DNA of 64,000 bases from Eledone cirrhosa (taxonomy: Eukaryota), in assembly GCA_964016885.1 (NCBI GenBank), contig OZ024757.1:9176001-9240000 (forward strand), read 5' to 3'. The notes below the pieces were generated by a model that did not search any database, was not told where the DNA came from, and saw only the letters and a list, made by a program, of their open reading frames with translations. The position numbers and the translations under genes are program-made. Below are positions 19,101 to 34,100 of this stretch, one piece after another (positions within the stretch are counted from its first letter, which is position 1; each line of letters begins with the position of its first letter).

Positions 19101-22100
19101 ATTACCTCAGGTGATAGAGAGTCTCTCAGTAATGCAATACAACAGGGAATGTTGGTGTTGACCTCTAGTATTTCTGAGACACAGCATTACCTCAGGTGAT
19201 AGAGAGTCTCTCAGTAATGCAATACAACAGGGAATGTTGGTGCTGACCTCTAGTATTTCAGAGACACAGCATTACCTCAGGTGATAAAGTCTCTCACTAA
19301 TGCAATACAACAGGGAATGTTGGTGTTGACCTCTAGGATTTCTGAGACACAGCATTACCTCAGGTGATAGAGAGTCTCTCAGTAATGCAATACAACAGGG
19401 AATGTTGGTGCTGACCTCTAGTATTTCAGAGACACAGCATTACCTCAGGTGATAAAGTCTCTCACTAATGCAATACAACAGGGAATGTTGGTGTTGACCT
19501 CTAGTATTTCTGAAACACAGCATTACCTCAGATGATAGAGGGTCCTCCACTAATGCAATACAACAGGGAATGTTGGTGTTGACCTCTAGTATTTCTGAGA
19601 CACAGCATTACCTCAGGTGATAGAGAGTCTCCCACTAATGCAATACAACAGGGAATGTTGGTGTTGACCTCTAGTATTTCTGAGACACAGCATTACCTCA
19701 GGTGATAGAGAGTCTCTCACTAATGCAATACAACAGGGAATGTTGGTGTTGACCTCTAGTATTTCTGAGACACAGCATTACCTCAGGTGATAGAGAGTCT
19801 CCCACTAACGCAATACAACAGGGAATGTTGGTGTTGACCTCTAGTATTTCTGAGACACAGCAATACCTCAGGTGATAGAGGGTCTCTCACTAATGCAATA
19901 CAACAGGGAATGTTGGTGTTGACCTCTAGTATTTCTGAGACACAGCATTACCTCAGGTGATAGAGAGTCTCCCACTAATGCAATACAACAGGGAATGTTG
20001 GTGTTGACCTCTAACATATCAGAGATAAGACAGCATTACCTCAGATGATAGAGGGTCCTCCACTAATGCAATACAACAGGGAATGTTGGTGTTGACCTCT
20101 AGTATTTCTAAGACACAGCATTACCTCAGATGATAGAGAGTCTCCCACTAATGCAATACAACAGGGAATGTTGGTGTTGACCTCTAGTATTTCTGAGACA
20201 CAGCATTACCTCAGATGATAGAGAGTCTCCCACTAATGCAATACAAGAGGGAATGTTGGTGTTGACCTCTAGTATTTCTGAGACACAGCATTACCTCAGA
20301 TGATAGAGAGTCTCTCAATAATGCAATACAAGAGGGAATGTTGGTGTTGACCTCTAGTATTTCTGAGACAGCATTATCTCAGGTGATAGAGAGTCTCTCA
20401 CTAATGCAATACAACAGGGAATGTTGGTGTTGACCTCTAGTATTTCTGAGACACAGCATTACCTCAGGTGATAGAGAGTCCTCCACTAATGCAATACAAC
20501 AGGGAATGTTGGTGTTGACCTCTAGTATTTCTGAGACACAGCATTACCTCAGATGATAGAGAGTCTCTCACTAATGCAATACAAGAGGGAATGTTGGTGT
20601 TGACCTCTAGTATTTCTGAGACACAGCATTACCTCAGGTGATAGAGGGTCCTCCACTAATGCAATACAACAGGGAATGTTGGTGTTGACCTCTAGTATTT
20701 CTGAGACACAGCATTACCTCAGGTGATAGAGAGTCTCCCACTAATGCAATACAACAGGGAATGTTGGTGTTGACCTCTAGTATTTCTGAGACACAGCATT
20801 ACCTCAGGTGATAGAGAGTCTCTCACTAATGCAATACAACATGGAATGTTGGTGTTGACATCTAGAATTTCTGAGACACAGCATTACCTCAGGTGATAGA
20901 GAGTCTCCCAATAATGCAATACAACAGGGAATGTTGGTGTTGACCTCTAGTATTTCTGAGACACAGCATTACCTCAGGTGATAGAGAGTCTCCCACTAAT
21001 GCAATACAACAGGGAATGTTGGTGTTGACCTCTAGTATTTCTGAGACACAGCATTACCTCAGGTGATAGAGAGTCTCCCACTAATGCAATACAACAGGGA
21101 ATGTTGGTGTTGACCTCTAGTATTTCTGAGACACAGCATTACCTCAGGTGATAGAGAGTCTCCCACTAATGCAATACAACAGGGAATGTTGGTGTTGACC
21201 TCTAGTATTTCTGAGACACAGCATTACCTCAGATGATAGAGAGTCTCCCACTAATGCAATACAACAGGGAATGTTGGTGTTGACCTCTAGTATTTCTGAG
21301 ACACAGCATTACCTCAGATGATAGAGAGTCTCTCACTAATGCAATACAAGAGGGAATGTTGGTGTTGACCTCTAGTATTTCTGAGACAGCATTACCTCAG
21401 GTGATAAAGTCTCTCACTAATGCAATACAACAGGGAATGTTGGTGTTGACCTCTAGTATTTCTGAGACACAGCATTACCTCAGGTGATAAGGAGTCTCTC
21501 ACTAATGCAATACAACAGGGAATGTTGGTGTTGACCTCTAGTATTTCTGAGACACAGCATTACCTCAGATGATAGAGAGTCTCTCACTAATGCAATGCAA
21601 CAGGGAATGTTGGTGTTGACCTCTAGTATTTCTGAGACACAGCATTACCTCAGATGATAGAGTGTCCTCCACTAATGCAATACAACAGGGAATGTTGGTG
21701 TTGACCTCTAGTATTTCTGAGACACAGCATTACCTCAGTTGATAGAGAGTCCTCCACTAATGGAATACAACAGGGAATGTTGGTGTTGACCTCTAGTATT
21801 TCTGAGACACAGCATTACCTCAGGTGATAGAGAGTCCTCCACTAATGCAATACAACAGGGAATGTTGGTGTTGACCTCTAGTATTTCTGAGACGCAGCAT
21901 TACCTCAGATGATAGAGAGTCTCTCACTAATGCAATACAACAGGGAATGTTGGTGTTGACCTCTAGTATTTCTGAGACACAGCATTACCTCAGATGATAG
22001 AGTGTCCTCCACTAATGCAATACAACAGGGAATGTTGGTGTTGACCTCTAGTATTTCTGAGACACAGCATTACCTCAGGTGATAAGGAGTCTCTCACTAA

Positions 22101-25100
22101 TGCAATACAACAGGGAATGTTGGTGTTGACCTCTAGTATTTCTGAGACACAGCATTACCTCAGATGATAGAGAGTCTCTCACTAATGCAATACAAGAGGG
22201 AATGTTGGTGTTGACCTCTAGTATTTCTGAGACAGCATTACCTCAGGTGATAAAGTCTCTCACTAATGCAATACAACAGGGAATGTTGGTGTTGACCTCT
22301 AGTATTTCTGAGACACAGCATTACCTCAGGTGATAGAGAGTCTCCCACTAATGCAATACAACAGGGAATGTTGGTGTTGACCTCTAACATATCAGAGATA
22401 AGACAGCATTACCTCAGATGATAGAGGGTCCTCCACTAATGCAATACAACAGGGAATGTTGGTGTTGACCTCTAGTATTTCTGAGACACAGCATTACCTC
22501 AGATGATAGAGAGTCTCCCACTAATGCAATACAACAGGGAATGTTGGTGTTGACCTCTAGTATTTCTAAGACACAGCATTACCTCAGATGATAGAGAGTC
22601 TCTCACTAATGCAATACAAGAGGGAATGTTGGTGTTGACCTCTAGTATTTCTGAGACAGCATTACCTCAGGTGATAAAGTCTCTCACTAATGCAATACAA
22701 CAGGGAATGTTGGTGGTGACCTCTAGTATTTCTGAGACACAGCATTACCTCAGGTGATAAGGAGTCTCTCACTAATGCAATACAACAGGGAATGTTGGTG
22801 TTGACCTCTAGTATTTCTGAGACACAGCATTACTTCAGGTGATAGAGAGTCCTCCACTAATGCAATACAACAGGGAATGTTGGTGTTGACCTCTAGTATT
22901 TCTGAGACACAGCATTACCTCAGATGATAGAGAGTCTCTCACTAATGCAATACAACAGGGAATGTTGGTGTTGACCTCTAGTATTTCTGAGACACAGCAT
23001 TACCTCAGATGATAGAGTGTCCTACACTAATGCAATACAACAGGGAATGTTGGTGTTGACCTCTAGTATTTCTGAGACACAGCATTACCTCAGGTGATAA
23101 GGAGTCTCTCACTAATGCAATACAACAGGGAATGTTGGTGTTGACCTCTAGTATTTCTGAGACACAGCATTACCTCAGGTGATAGAGAGTCCTCCACTAA
23201 TGCAATACAACAGGGAATGTTGGTGTTGACCTCTAGTATTTCTGAGACACAGCATTACCTCAGGTGATAAAGTCTCTCACTAATGCAATACAACAGGGAA
23301 TGTTGGTGTTGACCTCTAGTATTTCTGAAACACAGCATTACCTCAGATGATAGAGGGTCCTCCACTAATGCAATACAACAGGGAATGTTGGTGTTGACCT
23401 CTAGTATTTCTGAGACACAGCATTACCTCAGGTGATAGAGAGTCTCCCACTAATGCAATACAACAGGGAATGTTGGTGTTGACCTCTAGTATTTCTGAGA
23501 CACAGCATTACCTCAGGTGATAGAGGGTCCTCCACTAATGCAATACAACAGGGAATGTTGGTGTTGACCTCTAGTATTTCTGAGACACAGCATTACCTCA
23601 GGTGATAGAGAGTCTCCCACTAATGCAATACAACAGGGAATGTTGGTGTTGACCTCTAGTATTTCTGAGACACAGCATTACCTCAGGTGATAGAGAGTCT
23701 CTCACTAATGCAATACAACATGGAATGTTGGTGTTGACATCTAGAATTTCTGAGACACAGCATTACCTCAGGTGATAGAGAGTCTCCCACTAATGCAATA
23801 CAACAGGGAATGTTGGTGTTGACCTCTAGTATTTCTGAGACACAGCATTACCTCAGGTGATAGAGAGTCTCCCACTAATGCAATACAACAGGGAATGTTG
23901 GTGTTGTCCTCTAGTATTTCTGAGACACAGCAATACCTCAGGTGATAGAGGGTCTCCCACTAATGCAATACAACAGGGAATGTTGGTGCTGACCTCTAGT
24001 ATTTCAGAGACACAGCATTACCTCAGGTGATAGAGAGTCTCCCACTAATGCAATACAACAGGGAATGTTGGTGTTGACCTCTAGTATTTCTGAGACACAG
24101 CATTACCTCAGGTGATAGAGAGTCTCCCACTAATGCAATACAACAGGGAATGTTGGTGTTGACCTCTAGTATTTCTGAGACACAGCAATACCTCAGGTGA
24201 TAGAGGGTCTCTCACTAATGCAATACAACAGGGAATGTTGATGTTGACCTCTAGTATTTCTGAGACACAGCATTACCTCAGGTGATAGAGAGTCTCCCAC
24301 TAATGCAATACAACAGGGAATGTTGGTGTTGACCTCTAACATATCAGAGATAAGACAGCATTACCTCAGATGATAGAGGGTCCTCCACTAATGCAATACA
24401 ACAGGGAATGTTGGTGTTGACCTCTAGTATTTCTGAGACACAGCATTACCTCAGATGATAGAGAGTCTCTCACTAATGCAATACAAGAGGGAATGTTGGT
24501 GTTGACCTCTAGTATTTCTGAGACAGCATTACCTCAGGTGATAAAGTCTCTCACTAATGCAATACAACAGGGAATGTTGGTGTTGACCTCTAGTATTTCT
24601 GAGACACAGCATTACCTCAGGTGATAAGGAGTCTCTCACTAATGCAATACAACAGGGAATGTTGGTGTTGACCTCTAGTATTTCTGAGACACAGCATTAC
24701 CTCAGATGATAGAGAGTCTCTCACTAATGCAATGCAACAGGGAATGTTGGTGTTGACCTCTAGTATTTCTGAGACACAGCATTACCTCAGATGATAGAGT
24801 GTCCTCCACTAATGCAATACAACAGGGAATGTTGGTGTTGACCTCTAGTATTTCTGAGACACAGCATTACCTCAGGTGATAGAGAGTCCTCCACTAATGG
24901 AATACAACAGGGAATGTTGGTGTTGACCTCTAGTATTTCTGAGACACAGCATTACCTCAGGTGATAGAGAGTCCTCCACTAATGCAATACAACAGGGAAT
25001 GTTGGTGTTGACCTCTAGTATTTCTGAGACGCAGCATTACCTCAGATGATAGAGAGTCTCTCACTAATGCAATACAACAGGGAATGTTGGTGTTGACCTC

Positions 25101-28100
25101 TAGTATTTCTGAGACACAGCATTACCTCAGATGATAGAGTGTCCTCCACTAATGCAATACAACAGGGAATGTTGGTGTTGACCTCTAGTATTTCTGAGAC
25201 ACAGCATTACCTCAGGTGATAAGGAGTCTCTCACTAATGCAATACAACAGGGAATGTTGGTGTTGACCTCTAGTATTTCTGAGACACAGCATTACCTCAG
25301 GTGATAGAGAGTCCTCCACTAATGCAATACAACAGGGAATGTTGGTGTTGACCTCTAGTATTTCTGAGACACAGCATTACCTCAGATGATAGAGAGTCTC
25401 TCACTAATGCAATACAAGAGGGAATGTTGGTGTTGACCTCTAGTATTTCTGAGACAGCATTACCTCAGGTGATAAAGTCTCTCACTAATGTAATACAACA
25501 GGGAATGTTGGTGTTGACCTCTAGTATTTCTGAGACACAGCATTACCTCAGGTGATAGAGAGTCTCCCACTAATGCAATACAACAGGGAATGTTGGTGTT
25601 GACCTCTAACATATCAGAGATAAGACAGCATTACCTCAGATGATAGAGGGTCCTCCACTAATGCAATACAACAGGGAATGTTGGTGTTGACCTCTAGTAT
25701 TTCTGAGACACAGCATTACCTCAGATGATAGAGAGTCTCCCACTAATGCAATACAACAGGGAATGTTGGTGTTGACCTCTAGTATTTCTGAGACGCAGCA
25801 TTACCTCAGATGATAGAGAGTCTCTCACTAATGCAATACAAGAGGGAATGTTGGTGTTGACCTCTAGTATTTCTGAGACAGCATTACCTCAGGTGATAAG
25901 GAGTCTCTCACTAATGCAATACAACAGGGAATGTTGGTGTTGACCTCTAGTATTTCTGAGACACAGCATTACCTCAGATGATAGAGAGTCTCTCACTAAT
26001 GCAATGCAACAGGGAATGTTGGTGTTGACCTCTAGTATTTCTGAGACACAGCATTACCTCAGATGATAGTGTCCTCCACTAATGCAATACAACAGGGAAT
26101 GTTGGTGTTGACCTCTAGTATTTCTGAGACACAGCATTACCTCAGGTGATAGAGAGTCCTCCACTAATGGAATACAACAGGGAATGTTGGTGTTGACCTC
26201 TAGTATTTCTGAGACACAGCATTACCTCAGGTGATAGAGAGTCCTCCACTAATGCAATACAACAGGGAATGTTGGTGTTGACCTCTAGTATTTCTGAGAC
26301 GCAGCATTACCTCAGATGATAGAGAGTCTCTCACTAATGCAATACAACAGGGAATGTTGGTGTTGACCTCTAGTATTTCTGAGACACAGCATTACCTCAG
26401 ATGATAGAGTGTCCTCCACTAATGCAATACAACAGGGAATGTTGGTGTTGACCTCTAGTATTTCTGAGACACAGCATTACCTCAGGTGATAAGGAGTCTC
26501 TCACTAATGCAATACAACAGGGAATGTTGGTGTTGACCTCTAGTATTTCTGAGACACAGCATTACCTCAGGTGATAGAGAGTCCTCCACTAATGCAATAC
26601 AACAGGGAATGTTGGTGTTGACCTCTAGTATTTCTGAGACACAGCATTACCTCAGGTGATAGAGAGACCTCCACTAATGGAATACAACAGGGAATGTTGG
26701 TGTTGACCTCTAGTATTTCTGAGACACAGCATTACCTCAGGTGATAGAGAGTCCTCCACTAATGCAATACAACAGGGAATGTTGGTGTTGACCTCTAGTA
26801 TTTCTGAGACGCAGCATTACCTCAGATGATAGAGAGTCTCTCACTAATGCAATACAACAGGGAATGTTGGTGTTGACCTCTAGTATTTCTGAGACACAGC
26901 ATTACCTCAGATGATAGAGTGTCCTCCACTAATGCAATACAACAGGGAATGTTGGTGTTGACCTCTAGTATTTCTGAGACACAGCATTACCTCAGGTGAT
27001 AAGGAGTCTCTCACTAATGCAATACAACAGGGAATGTTGGTGTTGACCTCTAGTATTTCTGAGACACAGCATTACCTCAGGTGATAGAGAGTCCTCCACT
27101 AATGCAATACAACAGGGAATGTTGGTGTTGACCTCTAGTATCTCTGAGACACAGCATTACCTCAGATGATAGAGAGTCTCTCACTAATGCAATACAAGAG
27201 GGAATGTTGGTGTTGACCTCTAGTATTTCTGAGACAGCATTACCTCAGGTGATAAAGTCTCTCACTAATGTAATACAACAGGGAATGTTGGTGTTGACCT
27301 CTAGTATTTCTGAGACACAGCATTACCTCAGGTGATAGAGAGTCTCCCACTAATGCAATACAACAGGGAATGTTGGTGTTGACCTCTAACATATCAGAGA
27401 TAAGACAGCATTACCTCAGATGATAGAGGGTCCTCCACTAATGCAATACAACAGGGAATGTTGGTGTTGACCTCTAGTATTTCTGAGACACAGCATTACC
27501 TCAGATGATAGAGAGTCTCCCACTAATGCAATACAACAGGGAATGTTGGTGTTGACCTCTAGTATTTCTGAGACGCAGCATTACCTCAGATGATAGAGAG
27601 TCTCTCACTAATGCAATACAAGAGGGAATGTTGGTGTTGACCTCTAGTATTTCTGAGACAGCATTACCTCAGGTGATAAGGAGTCTCTCACTAATGCAAT
27701 ACAACAGGGAATGTTGGTGTTGACCTCTAGTATTTCTGAGACACAGCATTACCTCAGATGATAGAGAGTCTCTCACTAATGCAATGCAACAGGGAATGTT
27801 GGTGTTGACCTCTAGTATTTCTGAGACACAGCATTACCTCAGATGATAGTGTCCTCCACTAATGCAATACAACAGGGAATGTTGGTGTTGACCTCTAGTA
27901 TTTCTGAGACACAGCATTACCTCAGGTGATAGAGAGTCCTCCACTAATGGAATACAACAGGGAATGTTGGTGTTGACCTCTAGTATTTCTGAGACACAGC
28001 ATTACCTCAGGTGATAGAGAGTCCTCCACTAATGCAATACAACAGGGAATGTTGGTGTTGACCTCTAGTATTTCTGAGACGCAGCATTACCTCAGATGAT

Positions 28101-31100
28101 AGAGAGTCTCTCACTAATGCAATACAACAGGGAATGTTGGTGTTGACCTCTAGTATTTCTGAGACACAGCATTACCTCAGATGATAGAGTGTCCTCCACT
28201 AATGCAATACAACAGGGAATGTTGGTGTTGACCTCTAGTATTTCTGAGACACAGCATTACCTCAGGTGATAAGGAGTCTCTCACTAATGCAATACAACAG
28301 GGAATGTTGGTGTTGACCTCTAGTATTTCTGAGACAAAGCATTACCTCAGGTGATAGAGAGTCCTCCACTAATGCAATACAACAGGGAATGTTGGTGTTG
28401 ACCTCTAGTATTTCTGAGACACAGCATTACCTCAGGTGATAGAGAGACCTCCACTAATGGAATACAACAGGGAATGTTGGTGTTGACCTCTAGTATTTCT
28501 GAGACACAGCATTACCTCAGGTGATAGAGAGTCCTCCACTAATGCAATACAACAGGGAATGTTGGTGTTGACCTCTAGTATTTCTGAGACGCAGCATTAC
28601 CTCAGATGATAGAGAGTCTCTCACTAATGCAATACAACAGGGAATGTTGGTGTTGACCTCTAGTATTTCTGAGACACAGCATTACCTCAGATGATAGAGT
28701 GTCCTCCACTAATGCAATACAACAGGGAATGTTGGTGTTGACCTCTAGTATTTCTGAGACACAGCATTACCTCAGGTGATAAGGAGTCTCTCACTAATGC
28801 AATACAACAGGGAATGTTGGTGTTGACCTCTAGTATTTCTGAGACACAGCATTACCTCAGGTGATAGAGAGTCCTCCACTAATGCAATACAACAGGGAAT
28901 GTTGGTGTTGACCTCTAGTATTTCTGAGACACAGCATTACCTCAGATGATAGAGAGTCTCTCACTAATGCAATACAAGAGGGAATGTTGGTGTTGACCTC
29001 TAGTATTTCTGAGACAGCATTACCTCAGGTGATAAAGTCTCTCACTAATGTAATACAACAGGGAATGTTGGTGTTGACCTCTAGTATTTCTGAGACACAG
29101 CATTACCTCAGGTGATAGAGAGTCTCCCACTAATGCAATACAACAGGGAATGTTGGTGTTGACCTCTAACATATCAGAGATAAGACAGCATTACCTCAGA
29201 TGATAGAGGGTCCTCCACTAATGCAATACAACAGGGAATGTTGGTGTTGACCTCTAGTATTTCTGAGACACAGCATTACCTCAGATGATAGAGAGTCTCC
29301 CACTAATGCAATACAACAGGGAATGTTGGTGTTGACCTCTAGTATTTCTGAGACACAGCATTACCTCAGATGATAGAGAGTCTCTCACTAATGCAATACA
29401 AGAGGGAATGTTGGTGTTGACCTCTAGTATTTCTGAGACAGCATTACCTCAGGTGATAAGGAGTCTCTCACTAATGCAATACAACAGGGAATGTTGGTGT
29501 TGACCTCTAGTATTTCTGAGACACAGCATTACCTCAGATGATAGAGAGTCTCTCACTAATGCAATGCAACAGGGAATGTTGGTGTTGACCTCTAGTATTT
29601 CTGAGACACAGCATTACCTCAGATGATAGTGTCCTCCACTAATGCAATACAACAGGGAATGTTGGTGTTGACCTCTAGTATTTCTGAGACACAGCATTAC
29701 CTCAGGTGATAGAGAGTCCTCCACTAATGGAATACAACAGGGAATGTTGGTGTTGACCTCTAGTATTTCTGAAACACAGCATTACCTCAGGTGATAGAGA
29801 GTCCTCCACTAATGCAATACAACAGGGAATGTTGGTGTTGACCTCTAGTATTTCTGAGACGCAGCATTACCTCAGATGATAGAGAGTCTCTCACTAATGC
29901 AATACAACAGGGAATGTTGGTGTTGACCTCTAGTATTTCTGAGACACAGCATTACCTCAGGTGATAGAGAGTCCTCCACTAATGGAATACAACAGGGAAT
30001 GTTGGTGTTGACCTCTAGTATTTCTGAGACACAGCATTACCTCAGGTGATAGAGAGTCCTCCACTAATGCAATACAACAGGGAATGTTGGTGTTGACCTC
30101 TAGTATTTCTGAGACGCAGCATTACCTCAGATGATAGAGAGTCTCTCACTAATGCAATACAACAGGGAATGTTGGTGTTGACCTCTAGTATTTCTGAGAC
30201 ACAGCATTACCTCAGATGATAGAGTGTCCTCCACTAATGCAATACAACAGGGAATGTTGGTGTTGACCTCTAGTATTTCTGAGACACAGCATTACCTCAG
30301 GTGATAAGGAGTCTCTCACTAATGCAATACAACAGGGAATGTTGGTGTTGACCTCTAGTATTTCTGAGACACAGCATTACCTCAGGTGATAGAGAGTCCT
30401 CCACTAATGCAATACAACAGGGAATGTTGGTGTTGACCTCTAGTATTTCTGAGACACAGCATTACCTCAGATGATAGAGAGTCTCTCACTAATGCAATAC
30501 AAGAGGGAATGTTGGTGTTGACCTCTAGTATTTCTGAGACAGCATTACCTCAGGTGATAAAGTCTCTCACTAATGTAATACAACAGGGAATGTTGGTGTT
30601 GACCTCTAGTATTTCTGAGACACAGCATTACCTCAGGTGATAGAGAGTCTCCCACTAATGCAATACAACAGGGAATGTTGGTGTTGACCTCTAACATATC
30701 AGAGATAAGACAGCATTACCTCAGATGATAGAGGGTCCTCCACTAATGCAATACAACAGGGAATGTTGGTGTTGACCTCTAGTATTTCTGAGACACAGCA
30801 TTACCTCAGATGATAGAGAGTCTCCCACTAATGCAATACAACAGGGAATGTTGGTGTTGACCTCTAGTATTTCTGAGACACAGCATTACCTCAGATGATA
30901 GAGAGTCTCTCACTAATGCAATACAACAGGGAATGTTGGTGTTGACCTCTAGTATTTCTGAGACAGCATTACCTCAGGTGATAAGGAGTCTCTCACTAAT
31001 GCAATACAACAGGGAATGTTGGTGTTGACCTCTAGTATTTCTGAGACACAGCATTACCTCAGATGATAGAGAGTCTCTCACTAATGCAATGCAACAGGGA

Positions 31101-34100
31101 ATGTTGGTGTTGACCTCTAGTATTTCTGAGACACAGCATTACCTCAGATGATAGTGTCCTCCACTAATGCAATACAACAGGGAATGTTGGTGTTGACCTC
31201 TAGTATTTCTGAGACACAGCATTACCTCAGGTGATAGAGAGTCCTCCACTAATGGAATACAACAGGGAATGTTGGTGTTGACCTCTAGTATTTCTGAGAC
31301 ACAGCATTACCTCAGGAGATAGAGAGTCCTCCACTAATGCAATACAACAGGGAATGTTGGTGTTGACCTCTAGTATTTCTGAGACGCAGCATTACCTCAG
31401 ATGATAGAGAGTCTCTCACTAATGCAATACAACAGGGAATGTTGGTGTTGACCTCTAGTATTTCTGAGACACAGCATTACCTCAGATGATAGAGTGTCCT
31501 CCACTAATGCAATACAACAGGGAATGTTGGTGTTGACCTCTAGTATTTCTGAGACACAGCATTACCTCAGGTGATAAGGAGTCTCTCACTAATGCAATAC
31601 AACAGGGAATGTTGGTGTTGACCTCTAGTATTTCTGAGACACAGCATTACCTCAGGTGATAGAGAGTCCTCCACTAATGCAATACAACAGGGAATGTTGG
31701 TGTTGACCTCTAGTATTTCTGAGACACAGCATTACCTCAGATGATAGAGTGTCCTCCACTAATGCAATACAACAGGGAATGTTGGTGTTGACCTCTAGTA
31801 TTTCTGAGACACAGCATTACCTCAGGTGATAAGGAGTCTCTCACTAATGCAATACAACAGGGAATGTTGGTGTTGACCTCTAGTATTTCTGAGACACAGC
31901 ATTACCTCAGGTGATAGAGAGTCCTCCACTAATGCAATACAACAGGGAATGTTGGTGTTGACCTCTAGTATTTCTGAGACACAGCATTACCTCAGATGAT
32001 AGAGAGTCTCTCACTAATGCAATACAAGAGGGAATGTTGGTGTTGACCTCTAGTATTTCTGAGACAGCATTACCTCAGGTGATAAAGTCTCTCACTAATG
32101 TAATACAACAGGGAATGTTGGTGTTGACCTCTAGTATTTCCGAGACACAGCATTACCTCAGGTGATAGAGAGTCTCCCACTAATGCAATACAACAGGGAA
32201 TGTTGGTGTTGACCTCTAACATATCAGAGATAAGACAGCATTACCTCAGATGATAGAGGGTCCTCCACTAATGCAATACAACAGGGAATGTTGGTGTTGA
32301 CCTCTAGTATTTCTGAGACACAGCATTACCTCAGATGATAGAGAGTCTCCCACTAATGCAATACAACAGGGAATGTTGGTGTTGACCTCTAGTATTTCTG
32401 AGACAGCATTACCTCAGGTGATAAGGAGTCTCTCACTAATGCAATACAACAGGGAATGTTGGTGTTGACCTCTAGTATTTCTGAGACACAGCATTACCTC
32501 AGATGATAGAGAGTCTCTCAGTAATGCAATGCAACAGGGAATGTTGGTGTTGACCTCTAGTATTTCTGAGACACAGCATTACCTCAGATGATAGTGTCCT
32601 CCACTAATGCAATACAACAGGGAATGTTGGTGTTGACCTCTAGTATTTCTGAGACACAGCATTACCTCAGGTGATAGAGAGTCCTCCACTAATGGAATAC
32701 AACAGGGAATGTTGGTGTTGACCTCTAGTATTTCTGAGACACAGCATTACCTCAGGTGATAGAGAGTCCTCCACTAATGCAATACAACAGGGAATGTTGG
32801 TGTTGACCTCTAGTATTTCTGAGACACAGCATTACCTCAGATGATAGAGAGTCTCTCACTAATGCAATACAACAGGGAATGTTGGTGTTGACCTCTAGTA
32901 TTTCTGAGACACAGCATTACCTCAGATGATAGAGTGTCCTCCACTAATGCAATACAACAGGGAATGTTGGTGTTGACCTCTAGTATTTCTGAGACACAGC
33001 ATTACCTCAGGTGATAGAGAGTCCTCCACTAATGCAATACAACAGGGAATGTTGGTGTTGACCTCTAGTATTTCTGAGACGCAGCATTACCTCAGATGAT
33101 AGAGAGTCTCTCACTAATGCAATACAACAGGGAATGTTGGTGTTGACCTCTAGTATTTCTGAGACACAGCATTACCTCAGATGATAGAGTGTCCTCCACT
33201 AATGCAATACAACAGGGAATGTTGGTGTTGACCTCTAGTATTTCTGAGACACAGCATTACCTCAGGTGATAAGGAGTCTCTCACTAATGCAATACAACAG
33301 GGAATGTTGGTGTTGACCTCTAGTATTTCTGAGACACAGCATTACCTCAGGTGATAGAGAGTCCTCCACTAATGCAATACAACAGGGAATGTTGGTGTTG
33401 ACCTCTAGTATTTCTGAGACACAGCATTACCTCAGATGATAGAGAGTCTCTCACTAATGCAATACAAGAGGGAATGTTGCTGTTGACCTCTAGTATTTCT
33501 GAGACAGCATTACCTCAGGTGATAAAGTCTCTCACTAATGTAATACAACAGGGAATGTTGGTGTTGACCTCTAGTATTTCTGAGACACAGCATTACCTCA
33601 GGTGATAGAGAGTCTCCCACTAATGCAATACAACAGGGAATGTTGGTGTTGACCTCTAACATATCAGAGATAAGACAGCATTACCTCAGATGATAGAGGG
33701 TCCTCCACTAATGCAATACAACAGGGAATGTTGGTGTTGACCTCTAGTATTTCTGAGACACAGCATTACCTCAGATGATAGAGAGTCTCCCACTAATGCA
33801 ATACAACAGGGAATGTTGGTGTTGACCTCTAGTATTTCTGAGACACAGCATTACCTCAGATGATAGAGAGTCTCTCACTAATGCAATACAAGAGGGAATG
33901 TTGGTGTTGACCTCTAGTATTTCTGAGACAGCATTACCTCAGGTGATAAGGAGTCTCTCACTAATGCAATACAACAGGGAATGTTGGTGTTGACCTGTAG
34001 TATTTCTGAGACACAGTATTACCTCAGATGATAGAGAGTCTCTCACTAATGCAATGCAACAGGGAATGTTGGTGTTGACCTCTAGTATTTCTGAGACACA